Both the position numbers and the translations under genes were made by a program. A stretch of DNA of 64,000 bases from Lentisphaerota bacterium (GTDB taxonomy: Bacteria > Verrucomicrobiota > Kiritimatiellia > UBA8416 > JAIOPI01). Shown in pieces: positions 8,951 to 18,839 of the stretch. The stretch covers positions 22,515-86,514 of the forward strand of contig JAIOPI010000003.1 of assembly GCA_021413965.1 (NCBI GenBank), given 5' to 3'. The notes under the pieces are model-generated. The model had not been told where the DNA came from. It saw nothing but the letters and a program-made list of their open reading frames with translations, and ran no database searches. Position 1 is the first letter of the stretch; each line of letters opens with the position of its first letter.

Positions 8951-9787
8951 CTATGCGCCAAGCTGATAGCGGGCGAAGCGTCGGATCGTCAGCGTATCGC
9001 CGACGGCCTTGCCCTTTTCATCCAGCAGGGCCTGAATGGACTGCTTGGGCTCCTTCACGAAGCCCTGATGAATCAGGCAGACGTCCTCATAGAACTTCTT
9101 GAGTTTGCCATCGACGATCTTGTCGACGATTTGCGCGGGCTTGCCCTGGACCTGCTTGGCGTAGATTTCGCGTTCGGCCTGCAGTTCGGCGGCCGGGACT
9201 TCCTCTGGCTTGAGGAAGCGCGGGTTGGCGGCGGCCACGTGCAGGGTGAGGTCGCGGGCGACTTCCTGGAACGCGGGGTTCTGCGGGGTGCCGGGCTGAG
9301 TGCAGCCGACTTCCAGCAGCACGCCGACTTTGCCGCCGAGGTGGATGTAGGTGCAGAGGGCGCCGGCGCCCTGCAGGGTGTAGCGCACATTGCGGCGCAC
9401 GACGATATTTTCGCCGATCTCGGCCACCTTGGCGGTGACTTCGGTGACGACGCGCTCGCCCAGCGGTCCATCGCTCTGCAAGGCGCGCTGGGAGAGGTCC
9501 TTCACAAAGGCGATAAACGAGGCGTTGCGGGCCACGAAGTCCGTCTCGCAGTTGACTTCGAGGAGCGCGGCGGTTTGCCCATCGGGGGCGGTGGCACTGG
9601 CGACGAGGCCCTGGTTGGCCGTGCGCGACGCCTTCTTGGCCGCGACGGCCATGCCGCGTTCGCGGAGCAGGCGGGTGGCCTTCTCCATGTCGCCCGCGGC
9701 TTCCACCAGGGCGCGCTTGCAGTCCATCATGCTGACGTTAGTGGCCTCACGCAAGGCCTTGACGAGTTCAGCCGTAATCTCGGGCAT
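8951..9787 (-). CDS. tsf: Elongation factor Ts
   Basis: Start MPEITAELVKALREATNVSMMDCKRAL (ATG 9787); EVNCETDFVA; follows rpsB. Confidence 0.97.
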   Translation of the reverse strand: MPEITAELVKALREATNVSMMDCKRALVEAAGDMEKATRLLRERGMAVAAKKASRTANQGLVASATAPDGQTAALLEVNCETDFVARNASFIAFVKDLSQRALQSDGPLGERVVTEVTAKVAEIGENIVVRRNVRYTLQGAGALCTYIHLGGKVGVLLEVGCTQPGTPQNPAFQEVARDLTLHVAAANPRFLKPEEVPAAELQAEREIYAKQVQGKPAQIVDKIVDGKLKKFYEDVCLIHQGFVKEPKQSIQALLDEKGKAVGDTLTIRRFARYQLGA

Positions 9788-9824
9788 GGCAGATCTTCCT
9801 CCAGAGTAGGTGTAGGATGCCGGT

Positions 9825-10829
9825 TTATTCCGCCTTGGGCGCCTCGGGGGCGGCTTCGGCGGCTGCCTCGGGGGCGGCCGGTGCGGCGGGAGTGGCCTCG
9901 GCAGGGGCGGCCGCTCCGTCCTCGGACTTCTTGGTGCGGGCGCGGGGCGCGGCGGCCTTGGGCTCGTCCGGCTTCCGGCGGGGCTTGGCCGCGGCGGCGA
10001 CAGCGGCGGCGGCGGCAGCTTCGGCCTTGGCGGCCTCGTTCTTTTCCTTGTTCGCTGCGGCACGGGCGCGCTGTTCGGCTTCGGCGGCCTCACGCTTGCG
10101 GGCCTGTTCGGCGGCCACGCGGCTGTACTCGGCATTGGCGCGCTGGAGCGTTTCCGCCACGGCTTCGGCCACGAGGCGGATGGCGCGGAGGGCGTCATCG
10201 TTGCCGGGGATGGGGTGGTCGATCGGGTCGGGGTCGCAATTCGTATCCACGATGGCGATGACGGGGATCTTCAGGCGGTTGGCTTCCTTGACGGCGATGG
10301 CCTCGCGGTTGATGTCCACGACAAACATGGCGCCGGGCAGGGCGGCCATATCCGCGATGCCGCCGAGGTTGCGCTGGAGCTTTTCCAGCTCATGGCGCAT
10401 GGCCGAGGCTTCCTTTTTGGGAATGCCGGCCAGGTTGTCCTTCTTGACCATGTCCTCGGTGGTGCGCATCCGCTTGACGCGGGCGCGGATCGTGGGGCTG
10501 TTGGTGAGGGTGCCGCCGAGCCAGCGGTGGGTCACGCAAGGCTGACCACACTGGGTGGCCGTGTCCTTAATGATCTGCTGGGCCTGCTTCTTGGTGCCGA
10601 CGAAGAGAATTTTCTGGCCGGAGATGACGACCTCGTACATGAACTCGAGAGCGTCCTGGAGGTGGGCCAGGCTTTGCGCGAGATCGATGATGTGGATCCC
10701 GTTGCGCTTCCCGAAGATGAATTTCTTCATCTTGGGATTCCACCGCTTGGTCTGATGGCCGAAATGCAGGCCGGCTTCGAGCAAGTCCTTCACGCCGAGG
10801 CCCTGACGGGCCACTTGAGACGACACCAC
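9825..10829 (-). CDS. rpsB: 30S ribosomal protein S2 with Ala/Lys/Glu/Pro-rich C-terminal extension
   Basis: LLEAGLHFGHQTKRWNPKM, RWLGGTLTN, DTNCDPD, IPGNDDA. GTG start with AGGAGGT SD. Confidence 0.98.
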   Translation of the reverse strand: MVSSQVARQGLGVKDLLEAGLHFGHQTKRWNPKMKKFIFGKRNGIHIIDLAQSLAHLQDALEFMYEVVISGQKILFVGTKKQAQQIIKDTATQCGQPCVTHRWLGGTLTNSPTIRARVKRMRTTEDMVKKDNLAGIPKKEASAMRHELEKLQRNLGGIADMAALPGAMFVVDINREAIAVKEANRLKIPVIAIVDTNCDPDPIDHPIPGNDDALRAIRLVAEAVAETLQRANAEYSRVAAEQARKREAAEAEQRARAAANKEKNEAAKAEAAAAAAVAAAAKPRRKPDEPKAAAPRARTKKSEDGAAAPAEATPAAPAAPEAAAEAAPEAPKAE

Positions 10830-11040
10830 TGCTACCTCCTCGCACTGTTACTGGGCGCTCGCGTCCCCGTGCAGATTGCCTGCCGCAGAGATCGTCGCCG
10901 GCGCCCGGAATCCGCTTCGACGCGGCGGGGGGAGCCCGACGCATCATCGCTTCCGTTTCCATGGACCGTCGCACCCCGCGGGCGCGTGGCCAGGAAACCC
11001 GATAAGCCGACCATACTAGCAGCCCGGGGCGGCGGAGCAA
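10830..11040 (-). promoter_or_regulatory. rpsB promoter and long 5' leader (candidate S2 autoregulatory RNA)
   Basis: Extended -10 TGcTAGTAT (about 11021-11013) with TTGCTC upstream gives a leader of about 180 nt. It contains GGGGTGC...TAAC elements loosely resembling known rpsB leaders. Confidence 0.35.
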
Positions 11041-11233
11041 GCCCAAAAGGGGGCGAAACGGGGGGCGATGATCCAGTGGGGCGGGATGCCTGGGCGGGGC
11101 GTCCGGACGGCCGGAGGGTTGAAAATGTATTGTCGGAGGGGCGCGGGTGAGGCATACGTGAAAGGCCAGTGTGGAGGGGCCCCAGGCCGGGAGCGGGGGG
11201 TGGATGGAACGGAACCGCAGGAGCATGAGACAC

Positions 11234-12880
11234 ATGACGAATCCTCAACCTGTTTTGCGAAGCGAGTTGCCGGAGTGGAAGGCGTTGGAGGCACAAGCCG
11301 CGGTGATGCGTCCCGTGCACCTGCGGAAGCTTTTTGAGCAGGATGCCGGGCGTGGGGCGCGCTACACGGCGGAAGCGGCCGGACTGTATCTCGACTACGC
11401 CAAGAACCGGGTGACGGACGACACGCTGGCAGGGCTGTTTGCCCTGGCACGGGCGGCGGACCTGGAAGGGGCGGCGCGGGCGATGTTTGCCGGCGAGCCG
11501 ATCAACCGGACGGAGCGGCGGGCGGTGCTGCATGTGGCGCTGCGTAACCGCAGCCAGGCGCCCGTGCTGGTGGACGGTCGCGATGTAATGCCCGACGTGC
11601 GGGCCGTGCTGGACCAGATGGCGGCTTTTGCGCGCGCGATACGCAGCGGCGCGTGGGTCGGCTTCACGGGGAAGCGCATCCGCCACATTGTGAACATCGG
11701 CATTGGCGGCTCAGACCTGGGGCCGGCCATGGCGTACGAGGCGCTGCGTTCGTACAGCCAGCGGGACCTCGACGTGCGCTTCGTTTCCAACGTGGATGGC
11801 ACGCACCTGGCCGAACAGACGCGTGACCTGGACCCCGCGGAGACGCTGTTTATCGTGGCATCCAAGACGTTCACGACACAGGAAACGATGACCAACGCGC
11901 TCTCGGCGCGGGCGTGGCTGCTGGCGACGCTGAAGGATGAGGATGCGGTGGCGCGGCACTTCGTGGCCGTGTCAACCAACGCGAAGGAGGTGCGCGATTT
12001 CGGCATCGACACGCGCAACATGTTTGCCTTCTGGGACTGGGTGGGTGGGCGCTACTCGCTGTGTTCGGCCATCGGTCTTCCCGTGATGGTGGCGGTGGGG
12101 CCGGAGCGATTTGGCGAAATGCTCGACGGTTTTCACGCCATGGATCTGCATTTCGTGGAGGCGCCGCTGGAGCGCAATCTGCCGGTGATCTTGGGGTTGC
12201 TGGGGGTGTGGTACAACAATTTCCTCGGCGCCGAAACACACGCGGTGCTGCCCTACGACCAGTACTTGGCGCGGTTTGCCGCGTACCTGCAGCAGTTGGA
12301 CATGGAGAGCAACGGCAAGTGCGTGGACCAGGCGGGGCGGCGCGTGCCGTACCAGACTGGGCCCGTGGTATGGGGGGAGCCGGGCACGAACGGGCAGCAC
12401 GCCTTCTACCAGTTGATTCACCAGGGCACGAAGCTGATCCCCGCCGACCTGATCGGATTCTGCCGATCGCAGAACGCATTCGGAGATCACCACGACAAGC
12501 TGATGGCGAATCTGTTCGCGCAGGCGGAGGCCCTGGCGTTCGGCAAGACGGCGGCGGAGGTGGCGGCGGAAGGGGTGGGGGCTGCGGACGTGCCGTTCCG
12601 CGTGTTCGAGGGCAACCGCCCGACGAACGTCATCCTCGCCGACGCGCTCACGCCGGCCATCCTGGGGGCGCTGATTGCGCTCTACGAGCACAAGGTGTTT
12701 GTGCAGGGGGTGGTGTGGAACGTTTTCTCGTTCGACCAATGGGGCGTGCAACTGGGCAAAGTTCTGGCCGGAAAGATCCTGGCCGAGTTGCAGGCGCCCA
12801 CGGGGGAGCCGCCCCGGCACGACACTTCCACCGTCGCCTTGATCACGCGCTATCGGCAGCGGCGGCACGGCGGAGCGTGA
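11234..12880 (+). CDS. pgi: Glucose-6-phosphate isomerase
   Basis: [63 protein letters not shown]. Start could also be 11225. Confidence 0.97.
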   Translation: MTNPQPVLRSELPEWKALEAQAAVMRPVHLRKLFEQDAGRGARYTAEAAGLYLDYAKNRVTDDTLAGLFALARAADLEGAARAMFAGEPINRTERRAVLHVALRNRSQAPVLVDGRDVMPDVRAVLDQMAAFARAIRSGAWVGFTGKRIRHIVNIGIGGSDLGPAMAYEALRSYSQRDLDVRFVSNVDGTHLAEQTRDLDPAETLFIVASKTFTTQETMTNALSARAWLLATLKDEDAVARHFVAVSTNAKEVRDFGIDTRNMFAFWDWVGGRYSLCSAIGLPVMVAVGPERFGEMLDGFHAMDLHFVEAPLERNLPVILGLLGVWYNNFLGAETHAVLPYDQYLARFAAYLQQLDMESNGKCVDQAGRRVPYQTGPVVWGEPGTNGQHAFYQLIHQGTKLIPADLIGFCRSQNAFGDHHDKLMANLFAQAEALAFGKTAAEVAAEGVGAADVPFRVFEGNRPTNVILADALTPAILGALIALYEHKVFVQGVVWNVFSFDQWGVQLGKVLAGKILAELQAPTGEPPRHDTSTVALITRYRQRRHGGA

Positions 12881-12895
12881 CGGCTGGTGCGGCGT

Positions 12896-13252
12896 TCAGA
12901 CGGGCCCAGGCTCGGGCGCAGGGGGCGTCCCGGTTCCTGAGCTTTGAGAGCCGCCGCGGCGGTCGGTCATATCCACGCGTTCGAACGGGTGCCAGCGTCC
13001 GCCGTCGTTGGACCAATTGTCGAAATGCGTGCGGACATGCTGGACACCACGGATGCGGCTGATCTCGTAGAACATGGCATCCAGGGCCGGTGGGCTGAGG
13101 TTGTCCCGGTGGCCTTCGATGCGCCGCAGGTAACCGAAGAAGAGGATGCGTCCATTGGTGGTACGAATGGAGATGCGTCCGAGATCGATCCAGTGCTTGA
13201 CCAGCACGCGACGGATGGCGCGGTTAATATCCAAATCGGTATGAACGATCAC
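12896..13252 (-). CDS. Hypothetical protein, BON-like cytoplasmic domain
   Basis: DLDINRAIRRVL...ISIRTTNGRILFFGYL...ISRIRGVQHV follows the BON alpha-beta-beta-alpha-beta pattern; no signal peptide. Confidence 0.55.
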   Translation of the reverse strand: MIVHTDLDINRAIRRVLVKHWIDLGRISIRTTNGRILFFGYLRRIEGHRDNLSPPALDAMFYEISRIRGVQHVRTHFDNWSNDGGRWHPFERVDMTDRRGGSQSSGTGTPPAPEPGPV

Positions 13253-13313
13253 GTCAGTGCCCTTGGTTTTGGCTTATGGCGCGTGGCTGATGGTGGGGGG
13301 AGCGGAGCATCGG

Positions 13314-13709
13314 TCAATCCAATGGGCTCCCAATCAGGCCCTCGACCTTGCTGAAAAGGGAGTCGAGTGGGAATGGCTTATAGAGGATGTCCGTGGTCCC
13401 GTCGGCAAACTGTTCCTGCCACATGGTGACGACTTCATCGGACTCGACCGTGAAGGACTTCGGGTAGGCGGTGATGAAGAGGACGGGGGGGGCGGCAAAG
13501 GCGCGGACCTCGCGGTACACGTCGAAGCCCGTTTTGCCGGGCATCTTGACATCGAGGAGCAGCAAGGCGATGTCGGGCTGCCGGCGCACCATGTCGATGC
13601 AGGCATCCTGGCTGGTGGTTGTGAGGACGGTGAATCCTCGCAGTTCGAGCGCGTCCTTGAAGCACTTGAGGATTTCCGGTTCATCGTCGAGGGCCAGTAT
13701 GGTCTTCAT
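13314..13709 (-). CDS. Single-domain response regulator (REC)
   Basis: MKTILALDDEPE, LLLDVKMPGKTGFDV, FITAY, YKPF. ATG 13709 with AAAGGA SD. Confidence 0.9.
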   Translation of the reverse strand: MKTILALDDEPEILKCFKDALELRGFTVLTTTSQDACIDMVRRQPDIALLLLDVKMPGKTGFDVYREVRAFAAPPVLFITAYPKSFTVESDEVVTMWQEQFADGTTDILYKPFPLDSLFSKVEGLIGSPLD

Positions 13710-13723
13710 CTCGTCCTTTCGCT

Positions 13724-14551
13724 TCAGCCCCGGACCCATGGCGGCGGCTTGTCTTCCGGTCGGACATCGGCCTTTTGGGCAGGCCCATTCAGGTAGGGTG
13801 GCGGGCTGATGACCACCTGGTCTTCGGCGGGGAGATCCTCCACGGGGGGGCCAAAGAAGGACGGCCAGGCGGGGCGTTGTCCGCGCCGGGCCTGTTCCTG
13901 GCGGATGACGAGTCGGTTTTCGACGCCGGCGGCATGGTAGATAAAGATGGCGACGAGCACGAGCATGTGCAGGTGGTAGCGCAGGCCGAGGATGCCGCCA
14001 ACGATGGCGGCGATCTGGCCGAGGCGGGCGGCGGCCCCGGTGGCGCGCAGCCGGCCGAAGCGTGGCGTGAGCGCGGCGCGCAGGATGCGGCCGCCATCCA
14101 TGGGGAAGGCGGGGATCATGTTGAACACGGCCAGCCCGAGATTGACCTGTCCCAGGTAGAAGGCGATGCGCGCGGGCTGGTCCGGCATCCAGGTGGCGAA
14201 GGCGGCGAACAGCCCGAGGCCGCCGAGGATGGCGCTTACGAGTGGTCCCGCGATGGCCATCAGGAATTCGTCGAGCGGCCGTTCGGGAATGCGATCCATC
14301 TGTGCGGCGCCGCCGACGACCATGAGCGTGATCTGGCGGACCCGGCATCCCTTGCGCAGCGCGACCAGGGAGTGTCCGAGTTCATGCAGGACGATGCTGG
14401 TGAAGAAGCCGATGCCGATCAGCAGGCCGAAGAGCCATCCGTCCTGCCGGGAGAACTGGTGTGCGAAATAGACGAGGGCGATGGCCAGGGACCAATGCAG
14501 GCGGATCGGGATTCCCCAGACACGCGCCAGTTGATAGGATGCGGAGAACAA
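13724..14551 (-). CDS. Site-2 protease (peptidase M50)
   Basis: GIPIRLHWS, HELGH zinc motif, AIAGPLVS, FNMIPAFPMDGGRI. Confidence 0.93.
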   Translation of the reverse strand: MFSASYQLARVWGIPIRLHWSLAIALVYFAHQFSRQDGWLFGLLIGIGFFTSIVLHELGHSLVALRKGCRVRQITLMVVGGAAQMDRIPERPLDEFLMAIAGPLVSAILGGLGLFAAFATWMPDQPARIAFYLGQVNLGLAVFNMIPAFPMDGGRILRAALTPRFGRLRATGAAARLGQIAAIVGGILGLRYHLHMLVLVAIFIYHAAGVENRLVIRQEQARRGQRPAWPSFFGPPVEDLPAEDQVVISPPPYLNGPAQKADVRPEDKPPPWVRG

Positions 14552-14639
14552 CGTGGTCTGCTCCTTCGATCAGAAGTTCCTTGCCGGGCCGGCCTCGCCG
14601 CACGGCCACGGCGTTGCAAAGCGGAAAGTGTAGCCGAAT

Positions 14640-15668
14640 ATGAGCGACACGAAAACTACAAACGGCAGACCGGACCCGGCGCGTCTCATGCGGATGGCGT
14701 CGGCCTTTTACGAATCCTGCGTCCTGTTCACGGCATCGGATCTGGGTTTGTTTGCGGCGCTGGCCCGTCTGGGGGGCGAGGCCGATGCGGATGGCGTGGC
14801 GGTGGCGTGCGGTCTGAACGTGCGTGGGGCGGGGCTGGTGCTGGATGCCTGTGTGGCGCTGGGCCTGCTGCGCAAATCGGGAGCGCGTTACGTCAACACG
14901 CCGGAGGCGGCGGCCTTTCTGGTGCCTGGCGCGCCGGGCGATCTGAGCGTCGCGTTGCGCTACAACCGCGATGTCTATGCGGCATGGGGCCAGCTGGGCG
15001 AGTTGGCGCGCACGGGGCGACCGGTCGAGCGGCCGGCGCTGCATCTCGGGGAGGATCCGGCGCGCACGCGAGCGTTTGTACTCGCCATGCATGGCCGTGC
15101 CCTGGCGATGGGGCGAGGCATGGTGCCTCACCTGGACTTGCGCGGCTGCCGGCGACTGCTCGATGTCGGCGGCGGGCCCGGCACGATGGCATCGCTGCTG
15201 GCGCAGGCGAACCCGGAGCTGAGGTGCCGCGTCATGGATCTGCCGCCCGTGGCGGCCGTTGCGGGCGAGCTGCTGGCGGCGCAGGGCCTGCAGGATCGCA
15301 TCACGCTGATTCCCGGGGACTACCACACGACGCCGTTTCCGGCCGGCAACGACGCCGTCTTGTTTTCCGGCGTCCTGCACCAGGAGTCGCCCGCCGCCAT
15401 CTGCGACCTTTTCGCCCGGGCCCATGCGGCGCTCGACCCTGGCGGGCGCCTGTACGTGGTCGACATGATGACGGACGAGACGCACACCCAGCCCGCCTTC
15501 TCGGCTCTGTTCGCGGTCAACATGGCGCTGACGACGGAGTCGGGGTGGGTCTTTTCCGATGTGGAGCTGGGGGGCTGGTTGCGCGAGGCCGGTTTTCAGG
15601 AGTTTGCGTGCCGCCCGCTCCCCCCGCCCCTGCCGCACTGGATCGCGTCGGCGCGCAAGGCGGGGTGA
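14640..15668 (+). CDS. SAM-dependent O-methyltransferase (Methyltransf_2 with dimerisation domain)
   Basis: N-terminal ASDLGLFAAL dimerisation/wHTH region, LLDVGGGPG, MDLPPV, GDY, SGVLH, PGGRLYVVD. Confidence 0.88.
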   Translation: MSDTKTTNGRPDPARLMRMASAFYESCVLFTASDLGLFAALARLGGEADADGVAVACGLNVRGAGLVLDACVALGLLRKSGARYVNTPEAAAFLVPGAPGDLSVALRYNRDVYAAWGQLGELARTGRPVERPALHLGEDPARTRAFVLAMHGRALAMGRGMVPHLDLRGCRRLLDVGGGPGTMASLLAQANPELRCRVMDLPPVAAVAGELLAAQGLQDRITLIPGDYHTTPFPAGNDAVLFSGVLHQESPAAICDLFARAHAALDPGGRLYVVDMMTDETHTQPAFSALFAVNMALTTESGWVFSDVELGGWLREAGFQEFACRPLPPPLPHWIASARKAG

Positions 15669-15725
15669 ATGCGGGCTTGAAGCGTTGCCGCGTGTTGCGT
15701 TACTTTGCCGCTTTGGCGGAACGAT

Positions 15726-16418
15726 ATGAAGTTGTCCATCGTCATACCCGTCTATAACGAGTGCCAGACGATCCGCGATTTGGTGGGGCGGGTTTTGGCG
15801 GTCGATTACGGCATCGAGAAGGAACTCGTGCTGGTGGACGACTGTTCGCGGGACGGCTCGCGCGAGGTGCTGAAGGCGTTGCAGGGCGAGCATCCGGACT
15901 GGAAGGTATGCTTCCACGAGGTGAACCTCGGCAAAGGCGCGGCCCTGCGCACGGGCTTCGCCGCGGCCACCGGGGAGATTGTCGTCATCCAGGATGCCGA
16001 CCTTGAATACGACCCGAACGACATCAAGCTGCTGCTGGGGCCGGTGCTCAACGGGCATGCCGACGTCGTGTATGGATCGCGTTTCCTCGGGGGTGGGCCG
16101 CACCGGGTGGTGTACTTCTGGCATTACCTGGGCAACCGCCTGCTGACCCTGCTGTCGAACATGATGACGGATCTCAACCTCACGGACATGGAGGTCTGCT
16201 ACAAGATGTTCCGCCGCGAGGTGCTGCAGTCGGTCAATCTGGTGGAGAACCGCTTCGGGTTTGAAGTGGAGATTACCGCCAAGGTGGCCCGCGGAAACTG
16301 GCGGGTGTACGAGGTGCCGATTGCCTATTACGGGCGCAATTATGCCGAGGGCAAGAAGATCACGTGGAAGGACGGGGTGCGCGCGCTGTGGTGCATCCTG
16401 AAGTATCGTTTTGTATGA
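15726..16418 (+). CDS. GT2 glycosyltransferase (polyprenol-phosphate glycosyltransferase, DPM1-like)
   Basis: MKLSIVIPVYNE, VDDCSRDG, GKGAALRTG, QDADLEYDP, TDMEVCYK, FGFEVE, EGKKITWKDG. Confidence 0.92.
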   Translation: MKLSIVIPVYNECQTIRDLVGRVLAVDYGIEKELVLVDDCSRDGSREVLKALQGEHPDWKVCFHEVNLGKGAALRTGFAAATGEIVVIQDADLEYDPNDIKLLLGPVLNGHADVVYGSRFLGGGPHRVVYFWHYLGNRLLTLLSNMMTDLNLTDMEVCYKMFRREVLQSVNLVENRFGFEVEITAKVARGNWRVYEVPIAYYGRNYAEGKKITWKDGVRALWCILKYRFV

Positions 16419-16912
16419 AGGCCCCCGGTGAAGAGTACACGAGTGTGACGACGCGCGTGGCGGTGTGGCTGGCGACCGGCTTTGGTCTCGGCTACAGCCC
16501 GGTGGCGTCGGGCACGGTGGGCAGCCTGCCTGGCGTACTCATCGTCATGGCCTTGTCGGGGTGGAGCCTGAAGGCGCAGATCGTGGCGGCGGCGGTGATG
16601 ACCGTGGTGGCCATTCCCATTTGCGGCCGGGCGGAAGAGTTCTTTGGGCGCAAGGACGATGGCCGCATTGTGGCGGACGAGTATCTCACCTTTTTGATCT
16701 GCACGCTGGGTCTGCCGTGGCAGGCGCATCCGTGGATGCTGGCGCAGGCGTTCGTGGTCACGCGGATCCTGGACATCATCAAGCCCCCGCCGGCGCGGCA
16801 GTCGCAGAGCCTGGCGGGCGGGCTGGGCATCGTCATGGACGACCTGCTGTCCTCGCTGTATGCGCTGGCGGCCAACCATGGAATTTGGTGGGGGCTCCAG
16901 CGCTGGATGTGA
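16415..16912 (+). CDS. pgpA: Phosphatidylglycerophosphatase A
   Basis: ATGFGLGYSPVASGTVGS, DDGRIVADE, RILDIIKPPP, GGLGIVMDD. ATGA overlap with the GT2 stop. Confidence 0.9.
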   Translation: MKAPGEEYTSVTTRVAVWLATGFGLGYSPVASGTVGSLPGVLIVMALSGWSLKAQIVAAAVMTVVAIPICGRAEEFFGRKDDGRIVADEYLTFLICTLGLPWQAHPWMLAQAFVVTRILDIIKPPPARQSQSLAGGLGIVMDDLLSSLYALAANHGIWWGLQRWM

Positions 16913-17103
16913 GCGATGGGGTCTGGTGCCAGGCGCTGAGCCGCCGCCGCGTTCGGCCTTCCCCCGGCCTTCCGCCTTTGCCAAGGCCATGGCGGGTGCG
17001 CCGGGCTCCCGTTGGCGGAGGGGCATGGATATGATGAGGGGGGCGGGGGTCCCGCGCCAGAGAGTTGCATGTACCGCATAGCGTAAGAAAAGGAACGTTA
17101 CGT

Positions 17104-18660
17104 ATGGGCAGGCCAGTCGCCGTCATTGTTCGGGATGGTTGGGCATTGAACGATAATCCTCGCGGTAACGCGGTGCTGGCGGCGCGCACGCCGGTCATCA
17201 CGGGCCTCAAGGCCAAGTACCCGTGGACGCGCCTGGCGTGTTCGGGCGAGCCGGTGGGGTTGCCGGACGGGTACATGGGGTCGAGCGAAGTGGGGCACTT
17301 GAACATGGGTGCCGGCCGCATCGTGATCCAGGAACTCAAGCGGATCGACGACGGGCTGCGCACCGGCACGCTGTTCGAGTGTGCGGCCTGGGGCGCGCTG
17401 GTGCGCAACTGGCGGTCGCACCGCAGCCGGCTGCACCTGCTGGGGCTGCTGCAGGACGAGGGGGTGCACGCGCATCAGGAGCACTTGTTCAAGATCATGC
17501 GCCGGGCGCGGCAGGAATATCCCGAGGGCGAGATTGTGCTGCATCCGTTTCTCGACGGGCGTGACACGGCGCCGCGCAGCACCCTGGAGTACCTGGCCAA
17601 GCTGCGGGTGGTCATGCAGGAAGTCGGTGGATGCCGCATCGGCACGTTCATGGGACGCTATTACGGCATGGACCGTTCGCGCAACTGGGGGCTGACCGAC
17701 ACGGCCTACAACTGCATGGTCTGCGGCGACGGGCGCGCGACGACGGACGTCGAAGGTTCGATCCAGAAATCCTACGACAGCGATCGCACGCCGGACGGTC
17801 AGCCGATGGGCGACGAGTACATTCCGGCGCACAGCGTGGGCGACTACGCAGGCGTGCGCGACGGCGACTCGGTCCTGCACACGAACTACCGGCAGGATCG
17901 CGCCATCCAGCTCAGCCGGGCGTTCATTGACGACGCGTACCCCGGCAAGCGCAAGGCGCGCCCGGCCATGTGTTACGCGGGGCTGACGCGCTACTATGAC
18001 GAGTTTCCGTCTTACCTGATGGGGCCGCTTGACGAGAGCGGCGGCATGGAAAACCTGCTGGGCGAAGTCGTGTCGCGGGCGGGGCTGCGGCAATTGCGCA
18101 TCGCCGAAACGCAGAAGTACCCGCACGTGACGAGCTTCTTCAACGGCAAGGCGACCACGCCGTATCCACTCGAGGACGACGTGCACATCAAGGGGCGCTT
18201 CGATGCGGCGTTGTTTGCGAGCCATCCCGAGATGGATGCGTTTGCCGTGACGGACGAGCTGCTCAAGCGGCTGGAGAACAACCCTTACGGCTTCATCCTC
18301 GTGAACTATGCGAACGGCGACATGGTGGGTCACACCGGCAACTTCGAGGCGGCCAAGCAGGCCATCGAGGTTGTCGACACCTGCGTGGGCCGGGTGGTGG
18401 CGCGGTTGCTGGAACTCAATGGCAGCGTGCTGGTGACGGCGGATCACGGCAACTGCGACCAGATGATCGATTACACGACGGGCATGGTGAAGACGAGCCA
18501 CAGTCTTTTCGATGTGGAGTGCATTTACGTGGCGCACGATGCGCCAGGGCGCAAGCTGCTCCCGAAGGGCAAGCTCTCGGACATTGCGCCCACGGTGCTG
18601 TCCCTCATGGGGTTGCCGGTCCCGCGGGAAATGACGGCGGACAACCTGATTGTCGGGTGA
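17104..18660 (+). CDS. gpmI: 2,3-bisphosphoglycerate-independent phosphoglycerate mutase
   Basis: DGW, GLPDGYMGSSEVGHLNMGAGR, DGRDT, GRYYGMDR, AETQKYPHVT, DMVGHTG, TADHGN. Confidence 0.96.
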   Translation: MGRPVAVIVRDGWALNDNPRGNAVLAARTPVITGLKAKYPWTRLACSGEPVGLPDGYMGSSEVGHLNMGAGRIVIQELKRIDDGLRTGTLFECAAWGALVRNWRSHRSRLHLLGLLQDEGVHAHQEHLFKIMRRARQEYPEGEIVLHPFLDGRDTAPRSTLEYLAKLRVVMQEVGGCRIGTFMGRYYGMDRSRNWGLTDTAYNCMVCGDGRATTDVEGSIQKSYDSDRTPDGQPMGDEYIPAHSVGDYAGVRDGDSVLHTNYRQDRAIQLSRAFIDDAYPGKRKARPAMCYAGLTRYYDEFPSYLMGPLDESGGMENLLGEVVSRAGLRQLRIAETQKYPHVTSFFNGKATTPYPLEDDVHIKGRFDAALFASHPEMDAFAVTDELLKRLENNPYGFILVNYANGDMVGHTGNFEAAKQAIEVVDTCVGRVVARLLELNGSVLVTADHGNCDQMIDYTTGMVKTSHSLFDVECIYVAHDAPGRKLLPKGKLSDIAPTVLSLMGLPVPREMTADNLIVG

Positions 18661-18839
18661 CGATGTCCTACCCGCCGGTCAATGGGCGACACGTTGGGGA
18701 GGCATGCGTTCGCCTCGTCACCGTATCGGCGACGTACGGTACGCCCTGCCTGAACCGGTGAGAGGCCGGTTGGGGCAAGCACAACGATCCGGTTTCACGG
18801 GCCGCCCTCTCAGCGGTTCGTGGAGGGGGCAAAATCTCC

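Noticed and set aside
16972..16996. ccgcctttgccaaggccatggcggg palindrome resembling a dispersed REP-like element; similar isolated hairpins at about 32372-32399 and 39865-39905
   Set aside because: Single copies in the window with no U-tract; cannot be supported as repeats or terminators without genome-wide counts.
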